The notes under the pieces: model-generated
The model's input: only the letters and a program-made list of their open reading frames with translations
What the model was told of the DNA's origin: nothing
Databases searched by the model: none
In this document: piece after piece, positions 9,511-18,728 of the stretch
Layout of the letters: each line of letters opens with the position of its first letter
Numbering within the stretch: the first letter of the stretch is position 1
Assembly: GCA_002787775.1 (NCBI GenBank)
Contig: PCUW01000067.1
Location: forward strand, 28,948-60,947
Reading direction: 5' to 3'
Source of the DNA: Bdellovibrionales bacterium CG12_big_fil_rev_8_21_14_0_65_38_15
GTDB lineage: Bacteria; Bdellovibrionota; Bacteriovoracia; Bacteriovoracales; Bacteriovoracaceae
Length of the DNA: 32,000 nt
Made by a program: the position numbers and the translations under genes

Positions 9511-9879
9511 TTATTCTTCTTCGTCAGAACCGATCGATGAATCAACATTAAAGTTTTTTGGGCTATCATGGTTTGTCATTTTGCCGGCCATATTATCAAG
9601 TGAGCGCAACAGCTTATCTGAAGCTGTTTCAATAGCATCAGAGATATTGTCAGCATGATGAGTGACGACGATTGGCTGGTGGTTAGCAACACGAGCTTCT
9701 AGCAAGCAACGTTTATCATCAGAGCCAGGCTTTCCAGCGTTTTCATCTGAAAGGTGAACTTCGATACGAGTAATAGCGTTACCAAAACGGCTAAACTTTG
9801 CAGAAAAGCTCGAGTCGATATAGCTGTTGAGTTCTTCGCTACCTTCGATATTGTGGTCTGTGTTAACTTGAATATTCAT
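9511..9879 (-). CDS. HPF/RaiA-family ribosome-associated protein
   Basis: Family-typical N-terminus MNIQVNTDHNIEGSEEL, plus RIEVHLSDENAGKPGSDDKRCLLEARV. Start set at the internal Met, which has an AAGGAG RBS (9884-9889). The ORF track extends to 9924. Confidence 0.7.
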   Translation of the reverse strand: MNIQVNTDHNIEGSEELNSYIDSSFSAKFSRFGNAITRIEVHLSDENAGKPGSDDKRCLLEARVANHQPIVVTHHADNISDAIETASDKLLRSLDNMAGKMTNHDSPKNFNVDSSIGSDEEE

Positions 9880-10043
9880 AAATCTCCTTAACTGCTTTGC
9901 AGTCTTGATATTATAGACCTTCAAAATGAAAATGAAATGACATGAGCCATTAATATAAAGTCCTGCCTAGTTAGCTTTGCGACAAGCTTATTAGCCAAGA
10001 GTCCTCCTTATAAATGACTCAATTTTTTTAGATTATGACTAAA

Positions 10044-10301
10044 CTAGTCCATTTTATCTACAGCTTCCTCTGCTTTGTCTTCGACATAGTCCACACCTTC
10101 TTCAACTCTATTCTTTGCTTTTTCAGCGAGGCACTCTAAATCACTGTCCATACAGGTTGCTTCTTCAATTTTATTGACTGCTTTGTTGGCCACACGCTCA
10201 ACATCATTTTTTGAGGCTTCTACTTTTTCAAGTGTGTCCTGTTTATTACAAGCAATAACAGAAATAGCGATAAAGACCAAAGCAACTAGATTGATTTTCA
10301 A
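10044..10301 (-). CDS. Small lipoprotein, hypothetical
   Basis: Lipobox-like signal MKINLVALVFIAISVIAC. Acidic, helical remainder. Confidence 0.45.
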   Translation of the reverse strand: MKINLVALVFIAISVIACNKQDTLEKVEASKNDVERVANKAVNKIEEATCMDSDLECLAEKAKNRVEEGVDYVEDKAEEAVDKMD

Positions 10302-10399
10302 AATAGGCTCCCTTACGATTTAGTGATTATATGGAAAACAAAGAACTCAACGACTATAACTTTAACTCAAGCAGCTGCCCATAAAATTGTGTGAGGTTT

Positions 10400-11191
10400 T
10401 TATCGCGCGAGATGCCTAGCGATCACAAAAGAGACTTCCTTATATTGATTTTCTCTTAAACAAAAATCATGACTGATACCTCTGCATTTTTTGAATGGCA
10501 TATCTTGAGGCAAGGAATTGATCGCCTCTTCGGGAACCCAGTAATCATTGGGAGCAAACACAAAAAAAGACTTTGAGTTATCCATCGCTTTTACTTTTGT
10601 TGCTAAATCTAAGCTTTTAAATTCATCCATATAAGTCGAAGTAAGGGAGAAGAAATTCTTGATATAATAAGGCTTACTTATTTCTCTTGGGATATGACTT
10701 GTGAAAGGTGTTTTTCCAAGCCATTTTTCAAAAAACATATGCGAGACTTTATCGTTTTTAAGACAAGCATAGCTAATCCCCTTCATGCCTAAACGAGAAA
10801 TGGGATTCTTAAAAAGTTTGAGATAACCTTTATTATTTTCACTTGGGCCCAAGAATGGACAGAGGATAAAAAACTGATCAATAGAGCTTGAGAACTCTTC
10901 ATATAAACTAATCGTCACCGAGCTTCCAAGAGAGTGACCAATAAGTATCACTTTGTCAGGTGTATGAGTGGATATAAGATTTTTTATTGTTTTTCGATGA
11001 TCTTCAATAACATCTCTAACCGTAATTCTTTTATAATTGACGACGACTTGGTTGCATTGCCCTAGATGTGGCAGAACCTTATGAACAGTTTCACCTTTAA
11101 GTTTTAGATCCGTTACAACTTGATTTAAAAAAGGATCATAAATGCCGGGAACGCTTGGATTACCTGGGATTAAAAGAATTAAGTTTTTCAT
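10400..11191 (-). CDS. Alpha/beta-fold hydrolase
   Basis: Nucleophile elbow GHSLGS. A C-terminal His (ISHDF) is consistent with a catalytic triad. Confidence 0.65.
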   Translation of the reverse strand: MKNLILLIPGNPSVPGIYDPFLNQVVTDLKLKGETVHKVLPHLGQCNQVVVNYKRITVRDVIEDHRKTIKNLISTHTPDKVILIGHSLGSSVTISLYEEFSSSIDQFFILCPFLGPSENNKGYLKLFKNPISRLGMKGISYACLKNDKVSHMFFEKWLGKTPFTSHIPREISKPYYIKNFFSLTSTYMDEFKSLDLATKVKAMDNSKSFFVFAPNDYWVPEEAINSLPQDMPFKKCRGISHDFCLRENQYKEVSFVIARHLAR

Positions 11192-11865
11192 AACTTACCT
11201 TTTTCATTTTCCATCGCAATTTGTGTTTCCACCATAAAGTCGAAAACTTCAAGTAGATTATCATGCTCACGTGAATTGGTATCAAATCCTTGAGAATCAC
11301 CGAGCAACTCAATGGTTCGATGGATCGCTTCGACGGTTGAACAACACTCCAATTTAGGCTGCTTTCGAATTCTAAATGTTGAAGGTCTTGGATCAAAAGA
11401 AATACGTGGAAGAGTTTTAAGATTTTCACTGAGTCGCATGGTGTGGCGTGCGGTGGCCCAAGTGCCATCAACGACAAAAACCACAAGTCTTTTATCTTTT
11501 GGAAAGATGCCCTTGGTATTTTCCGTACTAAGATTTAGAGAATCTTTTCCAGGATAAAGAACAACACAGTGATTCTCAGGATTTTCAATCAGCTGATTTA
11601 CCACTTCATCATCAGTATAATCACAACCAGGTAAAAGATAAGAGTTTTTGAGAATCAGATGAGACATGGTACCGGTAGCAATTTTGCGTTCGATCTCCAA
11701 CTTGTGAATAAGAATAGCGAAAACAACTTTAGAATCGAAACTCTTCACCAGATGACAAAAACATGTACGCCTTGAAAGAGTGCATACAGAGCAGTTTTCG
11801 CGCGGAGTAAACAGCTGCTCTTTTAGCTTTTGCTTGTGGATTTTGTACTCTTGAAGGTTTCTCAT
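11188..11865 (-). CDS. DTW-domain protein (tRNA-uridine aminocarboxypropyltransferase family)
   Basis: N-terminal Cys cluster CSVCTLSRRTCFC and the DGTW motif (VVDGTWATARH). Has a 4-nt overlap with the downstream hydrolase gene. Confidence 0.7.
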   Translation of the reverse strand: MRNLQEYKIHKQKLKEQLFTPRENCSVCTLSRRTCFCHLVKSFDSKVVFAILIHKLEIERKIATGTMSHLILKNSYLLPGCDYTDDEVVNQLIENPENHCVVLYPGKDSLNLSTENTKGIFPKDKRLVVFVVDGTWATARHTMRLSENLKTLPRISFDPRPSTFRIRKQPKLECCSTVEAIHRTIELLGDSQGFDTNSREHDNLLEVFDFMVETQIAMENEKGKL

Positions 11866-11921
11866 TATTTTTAATTTAACTTATTTAAGCGATATATGCC
11901 AAAACAAACATTGTCTGTATA

Positions 11922-12323
11922 ATGCTAACCATGATTCCCTTTAATGAACTCAAATTTTCCTATTCACGCTCATCTGGTGCAGGCGGACAGAACGTCAATA
12001 AAGTGAACTCTAAGGCGACTTTGGAGTGGGCCATTGATCAGTCTTCGGCCATCTCTATCGATGTTAAAACTCGATTTAAGCAGCGCTATGGCAACCTCAT
12101 TAACAATGAAGGAAATGTTATTATCAGCTCGCAAGAGTCACGCTCACAGAACATGAATCAAGATACATGTATTAGAAAGCTTCACCGAATGATTGAAGAA
12201 GTTCTTCATCCTCCAAAAATGCGAAAGAAAACAAAGCCCAAACGTTCGGCCGTGATCAAACGCTTGAATGGCAAAAGAATTAAAAGTGTAAACAAGAAGC
12301 TTCGCGGCAAAGTCGATTTTTAA
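11922..12323 (+). CDS. arfB: Peptidyl-tRNA hydrolase ArfB (alternative ribosome-rescue factor, class I RF-like)
   Basis: GGQ motif SGAGGQNVNKVNSK and a basic C-terminal tail KKTKPKRSAVIKRLNGKRIKSVNKKLRGK. Confidence 0.85.
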   Translation: MLTMIPFNELKFSYSRSSGAGGQNVNKVNSKATLEWAIDQSSAISIDVKTRFKQRYGNLINNEGNVIISSQESRSQNMNQDTCIRKLHRMIEEVLHPPKMRKKTKPKRSAVIKRLNGKRIKSVNKKLRGKVDF

Positions 12324-12752
12324 TTAATGTTTTGTTTTAACTTCGATCTTAATTCCACCGCCGCCGCCTCTGCGAGCTTTGATGGCAACCTTCATCGCTT
12401 CTTTTTCTGAAATCGAAATTGCTTCACTAACACATTCTCTAAAATCTTTACGATTTTGACAGTCAAGTTTTTCAAGATTTTGTTCAATGAGATTTGAAAG
12501 TAAGCCAAATCCTGCAAGTGTTTTATTCATTTCCACGGTAAAACTCATATCTTCCATTTTTCTAAGGTACTCACCTGAAGCGAAACCTTCGCCAGACTCC
12601 TTTCTTAGATCGTAACTATATTCTTCAACTTGATCTGAAGTTATATCAGAAATGATACCAGCTCGGTTTGATCTTGTTGAATTATGATCTGTTGATGCAA
12701 AGACAGATTGGCTAGTGATCATAACAAAAACAATGAATAGGCTTCGAAACAT
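12324..12752 (-). CDS. Secreted hypothetical protein
   Basis: Signal peptide MFRSLFIVFVMITSQSVFA. Gly run RRGGGGGIK near the C-terminus. Confidence 0.4.
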   Translation of the reverse strand: MFRSLFIVFVMITSQSVFASTDHNSTRSNRAGIISDITSDQVEEYSYDLRKESGEGFASGEYLRKMEDMSFTVEMNKTLAGFGLLSNLIEQNLEKLDCQNRKDFRECVSEAISISEKEAMKVAIKARRGGGGGIKIEVKTKH

Positions 12753-12901
12753 ACTTGGCTCCTTAGATTGAATGACTTATAGAGGCTTATTAAGCAAGGA
12801 TGATGCCAAGAATAGTCATTATTATCTAAGGAGAAAATGCTCGAAATCGAAAATATCTTGTAAATTGTTGATATTTTAGACAATAAGTTAGACACATCTT
12901 T

Positions 12902-13603
12902 ATGCCCTTTGAGCCTGTGATAATCTTTCGCCATATGGAAAAAAAGAACTGGATTATATCGCAACATTGGAAAGATCTCTTCTTTCTAAATTTTGTCGTC
13001 GACTCCGCTGAACTTAGGAATCTGATTCCAAGTTATTTAGAACTGGATACTTTTGAGGGTCAGGCTTTCACAAGTATTGTGCCTTTTAAGATGTCCAAGA
13101 TTCGCTTTCCTTTTACACCGACTCTTCCTTTTTCTAGTTTAACTGAGTTAAATCTTAGAACCTATGTGAAATATAAAGGTACTCCTGGGATTTATTTTTT
13201 TACACTCGACTCCAACCATAGGCTTGGAAATTTTATTGCCAACAAGTTTTTTCACCTGCCTTATTGCTACTCTAAGATTCACTTAAATACTGATCAAGCT
13301 TACGATTGTCGTGCCTACAATCTTGAGCTAAAGGCAAAAATCTTAGCAACCAAAGAAAAGACTGCGCTCGAAAGTTTTTTAGTCGAGCGCTATTCTTTGT
13401 TTACCGACAATGGCACATCAATTTTTAGAGGCCAGGTGATTCACGATCCGTGGCAGTTATCACAAGTATCGGATATCGATTTTAAAGAAACTCTTCATAA
13501 TCAGTACAATATCACTCAATCGACTTTTCATAGCTGCTTTTACTCGAAAGCTCTCGATGTTTATTTCAAGCCTTTCAAAAAAGTTGGTTTGATCAATGAA
13601 TAA
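12902..13603 (+). CDS. DUF2071 (YqjF-like) family protein
   Basis: Recognised from memory by pattern (WKDLFFLNF...VPFKMSKIR...TYVKYKG.PGIYFF). Not verifiable without an HMM search. Confidence 0.5.
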   Translation: MPFEPVIIFRHMEKKNWIISQHWKDLFFLNFVVDSAELRNLIPSYLELDTFEGQAFTSIVPFKMSKIRFPFTPTLPFSSLTELNLRTYVKYKGTPGIYFFTLDSNHRLGNFIANKFFHLPYCYSKIHLNTDQAYDCRAYNLELKAKILATKEKTALESFLVERYSLFTDNGTSIFRGQVIHDPWQLSQVSDIDFKETLHNQYNITQSTFHSCFYSKALDVYFKPFKKVGLINE

Positions 13604-13961
13604 GCCTAGCGAATCTAAGATTTGTCAGTCATGTGGTAGACCTTTTGAATGGCGAAAGAAATGGGAAAAAGATTGGCAGCAAGTAAAGTATTGCTCTAAG
13701 GCATGCAACCAAGCCAAGGCGCCAACAAAGTTTAAAGAGCAAATCCTAGAGCTGTTAAATAAGCGTGATCTTGATAAGACGATTTGTCCCAGTGAAATTC
13801 TTGATGACGACGACAAGAAGGACGCAAAGAAAATGGAGCGAGTCAGAAGTGCGGGAAGGCTTTTGGCCCATGAAGGAAAAATTGAAATCACACAAAAAGG
13901 TAAGGCAGTTGATCCTAATGATTTTAAAGGGCCAATTCGCTTTAAGCTCAAAAAGCGCTAG
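13596..13961 (+). CDS. DUF2256 zinc-ribbon / DUF3253-like protein
   Basis: [28 protein letters not shown] matches the DUF2256 Cys4 pattern. Has an 8-nt overlap with the upstream gene. Confidence 0.55.
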   Translation: MNKPSESKICQSCGRPFEWRKKWEKDWQQVKYCSKACNQAKAPTKFKEQILELLNKRDLDKTICPSEILDDDDKKDAKKMERVRSAGRLLAHEGKIEITQKGKAVDPNDFKGPIRFKLKKR

Positions 13962-14170
13962 CGCCCTTCTTTAAATGAATTGATCTTTTTTTCAATATCG
14001 ACGAGTTTCGCCGTTAGGCTTGCATCAGCTAAGAAAAGCTTTTTAGCGCTCTCGATTCTTTTAAGTAGAATATTGCATTCATTTCGTTGATTTTTATCGG
14101 CGGGCATTTTTTTGATCTGTTCAAAATCAGTTTGGATCGTCTCTAGTATTCTTTCTTGAAATGAAGCCAT
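13958..14170 (-). CDS. Small helical hypothetical protein
   Basis: ORF only. GAGGAAAATAA-ATG RBS-like context. No domain recognised. Confidence 0.3.
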   Translation of the reverse strand: MASFQERILETIQTDFEQIKKMPADKNQRNECNILLKRIESAKKLFLADASLTAKLVDIEKKINSFKEGR

Positions 14171-14214
14171 TTATTTTCCTCAAAAGTTCCAAGTTAGGAT
14201 AGCCTATAACTCAG

Positions 14215-14505
14215 ATGATTAAAACAAACACTGATAGCCCGCAAAGTTTAGCGCTGCGCTTTATGCGTGAAAAGAGACAGATGTCTTTAGTTGTGGTCGC
14301 TCAAAAGACTGGGCTTAAGGCTAAGATCATTGATCATCTAGAAAATGGGCGAAAGATCATTACAGATTCAGATATTGAACTGCTTCTTGAGTGCTACGAG
14401 TATTCACGAGAAGTCTTTCAAGAGCTGATGGCGCTAAAACCGCTGAACAAGAAAACAGTGAATCATTACTTTATAAAGAGCGAATCAGGGCCTCAAGACC
14501 ATTGA
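14215..14505 (+). CDS. XRE-family helix-turn-helix protein
   Basis: LRFMREKRQMSLVVVAQKTGLKAKIIDHLENGRK resembles an HTH_XRE core. Confidence 0.5.
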   Translation: MIKTNTDSPQSLALRFMREKRQMSLVVVAQKTGLKAKIIDHLENGRKIITDSDIELLLECYEYSREVFQELMALKPLNKKTVNHYFIKSESGPQDH

Positions 14506-14680
14506 CCTTAATTTCATAGAGTTCCCTAAATAAACGGCCTAGCTCGCCTTGGGGGAGCTGATTTTCATAAGTCCAGACGACATAATGCTCAGGCAGATCG
14601 ATCAGTACCGTGCCCTTATACTTTCCGTATGGCATTTCCATCGTCTTAAGTTTGATGAGGTTTTCAGGTTTAGCTTCCAT
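14471..14680 (-). CDS. DUF3820-family protein
   Basis: MPYGKYKGTVLIDLPEHYVVW...GELGRL pattern. Start set at the internal Met, whose ATG overlaps the upstream gene's stop (TAATG). The ORF track extends to 14719. Confidence 0.55.
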   Translation of the reverse strand: MEAKPENLIKLKTMEMPYGKYKGTVLIDLPEHYVVWTYENQLPQGELGRLFRELYEIKVNGLEALIRSL

Positions 14681-15081
14681 TAAAATTCCTGATAAATGAG
14701 CATGAGCCCAAGAACACACAAAGCGGTAATAACGATGCTGACCCCACGAAAGTAAACCACCTGATCGGATCTGGCGTGAATCTCTTTTTTTGAAGGGACT
14801 CGTCCCAGCTCTCTTTTAAGAATATTGGTCACGTCTTTTTCAATTTTTTGCTGAAAATCATATTCACGGTAAAAAACATATTGGGACACGAATAAACCAA
14901 TCAAAACAACGTACTGAACTTTTGGAAGCTCGTAGGTTGAATACTGAAAAAATAGAGCGAGTGGTACAACAAAGAGCACTATAAGAAATAGCAGATAGGC
15001 TTTTTGATGCTTCAGATAAAGGGCAATATGTCGACTCAATTTAGACTCCTTGCCTTTTAATACTTTTACATCTGTCGCCAA
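14680..15081 (-). CDS. Small integral membrane protein (about 3 TM segments), hypothetical
   Basis: Hydrophobic segments AYLLFLIVLFVVPLALFF, YVVLIGLFVSQYVF and GVSIVITALCVLGLMLI. Overlaps the hipA 3' end by 41 nt. Confidence 0.45.
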   Translation of the reverse strand: MATDVKVLKGKESKLSRHIALYLKHQKAYLLFLIVLFVVPLALFFQYSTYELPKVQYVVLIGLFVSQYVFYREYDFQQKIEKDVTNILKRELGRVPSKKEIHARSDQVVYFRGVSIVITALCVLGLMLIYQEF

Positions 15082-16303
15082 TCAATTCAGATATTCTTTG
15101 AACTATCTTTGTACTTGGTATTTCTTTTTTGACTTCAATGGCCCACTTATCTTTATGTTCCATTAATTTTTCACTCATTTCGATGGCCTTAAGCTGCATT
15201 GTACCTTCTTTTAACCCAAGACTTTCATCTACTAATTGAAATTGGTTTTTTCCGACTCGACTTGCGTCATCTCGATCACCGATTATAAAAGAGAAATTTC
15301 TCTTAAGTTTAGGATAAATCGCAGTACAAAGAAGATCATAAAAAGGCGCTAATTCAATTTTACCATTGTTTAATAGAAAAGAGATATTCTTAGAATGACT
15401 ATCATTGTTTCCAATAAATAAATTAAAGCAAATCCAATCAAGATAATCAAATAAGGCTTTTGACCTCTTTGTTATTGTGACGTGTGACTTTATGAGCTGA
15501 TAATTATCTTTTAAGCTAGGGCCACCCTTTGCTTCATACTTATGCTCACTCACAATACCTTGTGCTTGACAGAAGTCTTGTTGATGAATTCTTTTAATTT
15601 CTTTACCTACTGTTCGATCATATCGAGTAGTAATATAAAGTGGATGTTTTTCATTATCCAAAACGAAACATTCTGGTACGTTCATTCCTACGAGGTGAGC
15701 CAATTTCATACAATAGTATTCGTTATAAACAGACTCTTTAACTCCAGAGCGGCAGATGGGAACTTTCACAATATGAGTTGTTGGTGCGCCATTAGTTGGT
15801 AAATAAAAATGACTCTCTTTTACGATTGCAGAGAATTTATCTTGAGCTCCTGCAATGGACAAGTAACCTGGATTAAGATTAGCAATAACTTCGGCAACCG
15901 ATCTTTTTTCATCAATGGCTTGGTAAACTTTTTTCATATCGATTTCGATAAGTTCATTTTTTTTAACTGGATCAAACGGCGATTCAAAAGAGTCGCTCAC
16001 AATGATCGCTCCTGAACAGTCTTTTCCAAACTTCTTTAAAAAATCAAAGGCACTTTTAGTGTCCTGACTCTTTTCGATGGCCTCTCTTGCCTCACCTTCT
16101 GGTAGCAAGTTTTCAAAAAATGAAAGCGTAATTTTATTTCCAAAGGATTCTTTTTGAAGGGGCATGGCCAAACTTAATTGAAAAGCATTCTTGTCTTTCA
16201 ACCATGAATCACTGTAATTAAACGAATAGACCAAATCATCATCTCTAAACAATGTGCCTACCAGACTTTTTTCGTAAAAAACATTAAGTTTATTCATTTT
16301 CAA
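15041..16303 (-). CDS. hipA: HipA-family serine/threonine kinase toxin (type II TA)
   Basis: HipA N-terminal coupling region (LVGTLFRDDDLVYSFNYSDSW), SIAGAQDKF, and catalytic loop GNNDSHSKNISFL. Confidence 0.85.
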   Translation of the reverse strand: MKMNKLNVFYEKSLVGTLFRDDDLVYSFNYSDSWLKDKNAFQLSLAMPLQKESFGNKITLSFFENLLPEGEAREAIEKSQDTKSAFDFLKKFGKDCSGAIIVSDSFESPFDPVKKNELIEIDMKKVYQAIDEKRSVAEVIANLNPGYLSIAGAQDKFSAIVKESHFYLPTNGAPTTHIVKVPICRSGVKESVYNEYYCMKLAHLVGMNVPECFVLDNEKHPLYITTRYDRTVGKEIKRIHQQDFCQAQGIVSEHKYEAKGGPSLKDNYQLIKSHVTITKRSKALFDYLDWICFNLFIGNNDSHSKNISFLLNNGKIELAPFYDLLCTAIYPKLKRNFSFIIGDRDDASRVGKNQFQLVDESLGLKEGTMQLKAIEMSEKLMEHKDKWAIEVKKEIPSTKIVQRISELIGDRCKSIKRQGV

Positions 16304-16511
16304 AATCCAACACTAATTTGAAGCCTAACACTTCACTGAGTTTAAAAAGTGTTGAGAGCTTAACTTCTCTCTCTCCTGCATTACTTTCAAACTTACTAAT
16401 ACCGTTAACTGATAGATCACAAAGTTGCGCTAACTGAACTTGAGAAATCCCCAATTCATTTCTTCTTTTTTTAATTTCTTCGACTAAATCTTTGATACTT
16501 TCAATCTGCAT
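16290..16511 (-). CDS. hipB: HipB-like XRE HTH antitoxin
   Basis: HTH RRNELGISQVQLAQLCDLSVNGISKFE. Overlaps the hipA start by 14 nt. Confidence 0.8.
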   Translation of the reverse strand: MQIESIKDLVEEIKKRRNELGISQVQLAQLCDLSVNGISKFESNAGEREVKLSTLFKLSEVLGFKLVLDFENE

Positions 16512-16514
16512 GAG

Positions 16515-16634
16515 AATCTCCCTACAGGGAGATTATATCAGATTATTTGATTAAACCAAGAAAAATCTCCCTAAAGGGAGATAATTAGAGTTTTGATAAT
16601 GAATAGACCTTAAAATCTCCCTGTAGGGAGATTT
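16515..16634. promoter_or_regulatory. Three hipB-proximal operator palindromes, ATCTCCCT-N2-AGGGAGAT
   Basis: AATCTCCCTACAGGGAGATT (16515-16534, overlaps the hipB SD and lies 3 nt from its ATG), ATCTCCCTAAAGGGAGAT (16565-16582), and AAATCTCCCTGTAGGGAGATTT (16613-16634). Centre-to-centre spacing is 49 and 50 bp. Confidence 0.7.
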
Positions 16635-16636
16635 TT

Positions 16637-17938
16637 TTATAATCTCGCTTCACGCAGGTCTAATGCTCTGATGTAGCTAAAAAGCATTCTTTGCATCTGA
16701 GGGGTTGAATGAAGATCAATCATTTCAGTCTCACTAGAATCAAAGACAAGCCTTTTGGGGACATAATCTTCGACCATCAAATGGCATGATTCGCCGCGCT
16801 TTCGGCCAGCTAACTGAAGAATAAAAGAGCTTTTTTTGGGTATAAGTCGATTGAAATTTTGTTTTAAAAGGTTGTTATAGAGTTCTTCGCCAAACTTATT
16901 TAAAAACTGGCTTTTCTTTGTTTCGAAATCAATTGAATCTTGTCCCGTATTTAAAAAGCTTTTATAGATATTATTAATGAATCCTTGTGAATTATTCTTA
17001 TTCTTAAACGAGCAAAGGCCGGTGTCATCATTTTTAAGTGTCGTTCGTTTAAGTTCAAAGGGATTGGATTTTTCACACAAGATAACATTGATTGGAAAAT
17101 AGGAACTTTTAAGAGCGACATTATAAGGTGGTCTTAGTTGAGCGATCTGACTATTTTCAAACAAGAGTGCTGCTAGCTCAGAACCCATGAGTTTGAATTC
17201 GATATTGGCCACGGCATTTTTTAGAGCAATATCTTTTTTACGTTTCATATCAGGGCGAAAATGGCTGGCCACACGCTTTTTAATATTTTTACTTTTACCG
17301 ATATAAAGAAGACCGCCTTCTTTGGAGTAGAAATAATAAACACCAGGCTTCTCGGGTAAAGATTCATAAACGCTTCGATCGAGATCCTTTGGAATATTCA
17401 GTTTTTTACTTTCAACAAACTGTTCTTTACCAAACTCGTTTTTAGAAAGTATTAACTTTAATAATTCCACTGTCGCTAAAGCATCACCAAGGGCTCTATG
17501 GCGAGCAGTAATATTAATTCCTAGATCATTACAAATATTTCCAAGTGAGTAGCTTTCATGCCCTGGTAAGAACTGTCTGGCGAGTCTCACGGTACAAAGC
17601 TTGTCTCGATTAAAGCTATAACCAAGCTCTCGAAATTCATGTTTAATGAAATTGAAGTCAAAGAAAACATTGTGAGCAACAAAGATATTGCCTTCAGTCA
17701 TCTCAACAATTTTTTTGGCAACCTCATAAAACTTTGGAGCGTCTCTAACCATTTCATTGTTGATACCGGTCAGACGTGTAATGCCATAAGGGATGCTGAT
17801 TTCGGGATTAATGAGGGTCGAGAACTGACCAACAACCTCGCTGCCATTAAAGTTAATAATGGCAATCTCGGTTATCTTATTACCACTGCGGTAGCCGCCA
17901 GTGGTTTCAATATCTATGATCGAATAGGTTTTTTCCAT
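16637..17938 (-). CDS. DEDDh 3'-5' exonuclease (DnaQ/epsilon-like) fused to a GIY-YIG nuclease domain (Cho-like architecture)
   Basis: Exo motifs IIDIETTG, FVAHNVFFDFNFI and HRALGDA. GIY-YIG motif PGVYYFYSKEGGLLYIGKSKNIKKRVASHF. Confidence 0.8.
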   Translation of the reverse strand: MEKTYSIIDIETTGGYRSGNKITEIAIINFNGSEVVGQFSTLINPEISIPYGITRLTGINNEMVRDAPKFYEVAKKIVEMTEGNIFVAHNVFFDFNFIKHEFRELGYSFNRDKLCTVRLARQFLPGHESYSLGNICNDLGINITARHRALGDALATVELLKLILSKNEFGKEQFVESKKLNIPKDLDRSVYESLPEKPGVYYFYSKEGGLLYIGKSKNIKKRVASHFRPDMKRKKDIALKNAVANIEFKLMGSELAALLFENSQIAQLRPPYNVALKSSYFPINVILCEKSNPFELKRTTLKNDDTGLCSFKNKNNSQGFINNIYKSFLNTGQDSIDFETKKSQFLNKFGEELYNNLLKQNFNRLIPKKSSFILQLAGRKRGESCHLMVEDYVPKRLVFDSSETEMIDLHSTPQMQRMLFSYIRALDLREARL

Positions 17939-18020
17939 TGCAGGAAAAGTACTTACTCAGCAATAACTTGTAAATCGCTGTGAAACTAAAGTCTTGCACT
18001 AGCCTCTCTTACGCTTACTT

Positions 18021-18055
18021 TATCCCCCGTATCCCGCAAACTGAATACTGAATAC
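18021..18055 (-). repeat. Heptamer-periodic repeat array A (5 units), 5 nt downstream of the ORF6N-1 stop
   Basis: Plus strand reads TATCCCC CGTATCC CGCAAAC TGAATAC TGAATAC. Confidence 0.7.
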
Positions 18056-18060
18056 CGCTC

Positions 18061-18582
18061 TTATTTTAGTCCGATCTTCTTTCTGTCTTTAGGAATTAAG
18101 GGAGTCGTCTTTTCATCTAGATCATCGAGTCTTTCAAAGACTGTTTTAAAAAGCGCATTCGTTCCTCGCTCGAGCTCATCAATCCGCCCACTTGGATCAA
18201 TAGCGTGAAAGCTTCGAAGCTTAACAAAGATGCGCATGATTTCGATGTTGATCGCGATGGCCTGTTTAGAATTTAGAACACTGGAGAGCATAGCTACTCC
18301 TAATTCAGTAAAGAGCATCGGAGAGCTTCTTCTCATGTAATTCCATGGCCTTAGGGGATTTGCGGTCGCAAATTGCGACCTCAAATCTTCTAACTCACTC
18401 AAATTACATTCAAACATAAAATCTATAGGGAACCTTTCAATATTTCTTCTAACCTGCTCATTCAATCGCTTGAGTTCAACTCCATACAGTTTAGCCAAAT
18501 CAGAATCTAACATCACTCGCTGTCCACGAATAAGAAAAACCATATTTTCAATTTGTGAAATTAACTTTAGTTCTTCGCTCAT
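18061..18582 (-). CDS. ORF6N-domain (KilA-N-related) DNA-binding protein, paralog 1
   Basis: LIRGQRVMLDSDLAKLYGVELKRLNEQVRRNIERFPIDFMFE...LRSQFAT...FTELGVAMLSSVLNS pattern. AGAGGTG RBS. Confidence 0.75.
   Translation of the reverse strand: MSEELKLISQIENMVFLIRGQRVMLDSDLAKLYGVELKRLNEQVRRNIERFPIDFMFECNLSELEDLRSQFATANPLRPWNYMRRSSPMLFTELGVAMLSSVLNSKQAIAINIEIMRIFVKLRSFHAIDPSGRIDELERGTNALFKTVFERLDDLDEKTTPLIPKDRKKIGLK
18357..18387. repeat. 31-nt near-perfect palindrome inside ORF6N-1 coding sequence
   Basis: GATTTGCGGTCGCAA-A-TTGCGACCTCAAATC. 15-bp arms with 1 mismatch. Encodes DLRSQFATAN. Confidence 0.8.
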
Positions 18583-18698
18583 AAAACACCTCTAGTGATG
18601 CTCTCGCAAAGAGACTGTTCATAAGATTGATTCTAAATTTTTGAAATTAATCGATCATAAGATAAGTGCATTACAATAATGATTCGTGATAAATTCAC

Positions 18699-18726
18699 TT
18701 ATCCCTGAATCCTGGATACCGATAAA
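18699..18726 (-). repeat. Heptamer-periodic repeat array B (about 4 units), 2 nt downstream of the 18729 gene stop
   Basis: TTATCCC TGAATCC TGGATAC CGATAAA, then TCACGCAC (18729-18736), which supplies the stop codon. Confidence 0.65.
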
Positions 18727-18728
18727 AT

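Noticed and set aside
9925-10043. Intergenic regions (9925-10043, 10302-10399, 13962-14214, 17939-18020) scanned for tRNA/tmRNA-like genes or att sites marking the island border
   Set aside because: I could not recognise a cloverleaf-compatible sequence or a clear direct repeat by eye. This cannot be excluded without tRNAscan or comparative alignment.
11160-11557. ORFs 11160-11486 (minus) and 11312-11557 (plus) overlapping the DTW gene
   Set aside because: These are alternative-frame or antisense ORFs inside a gene with clear DTW-domain motifs and have no independent support.
12719-12967. 82-aa minus-strand ORF bridging the 12324-12752 gene start and the DUF2071 gene start
   Set aside because: It lies across a divergent promoter region and overlaps both neighbouring genes' 5' ends. 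It has no domain or RBS support.
15542-16015. Plus-strand ORFs antisense to hipA (15542-15802, 15809-16015)
   Set aside because: These are shadow ORFs. The HipA frame is supported by kinase motifs along its whole length.
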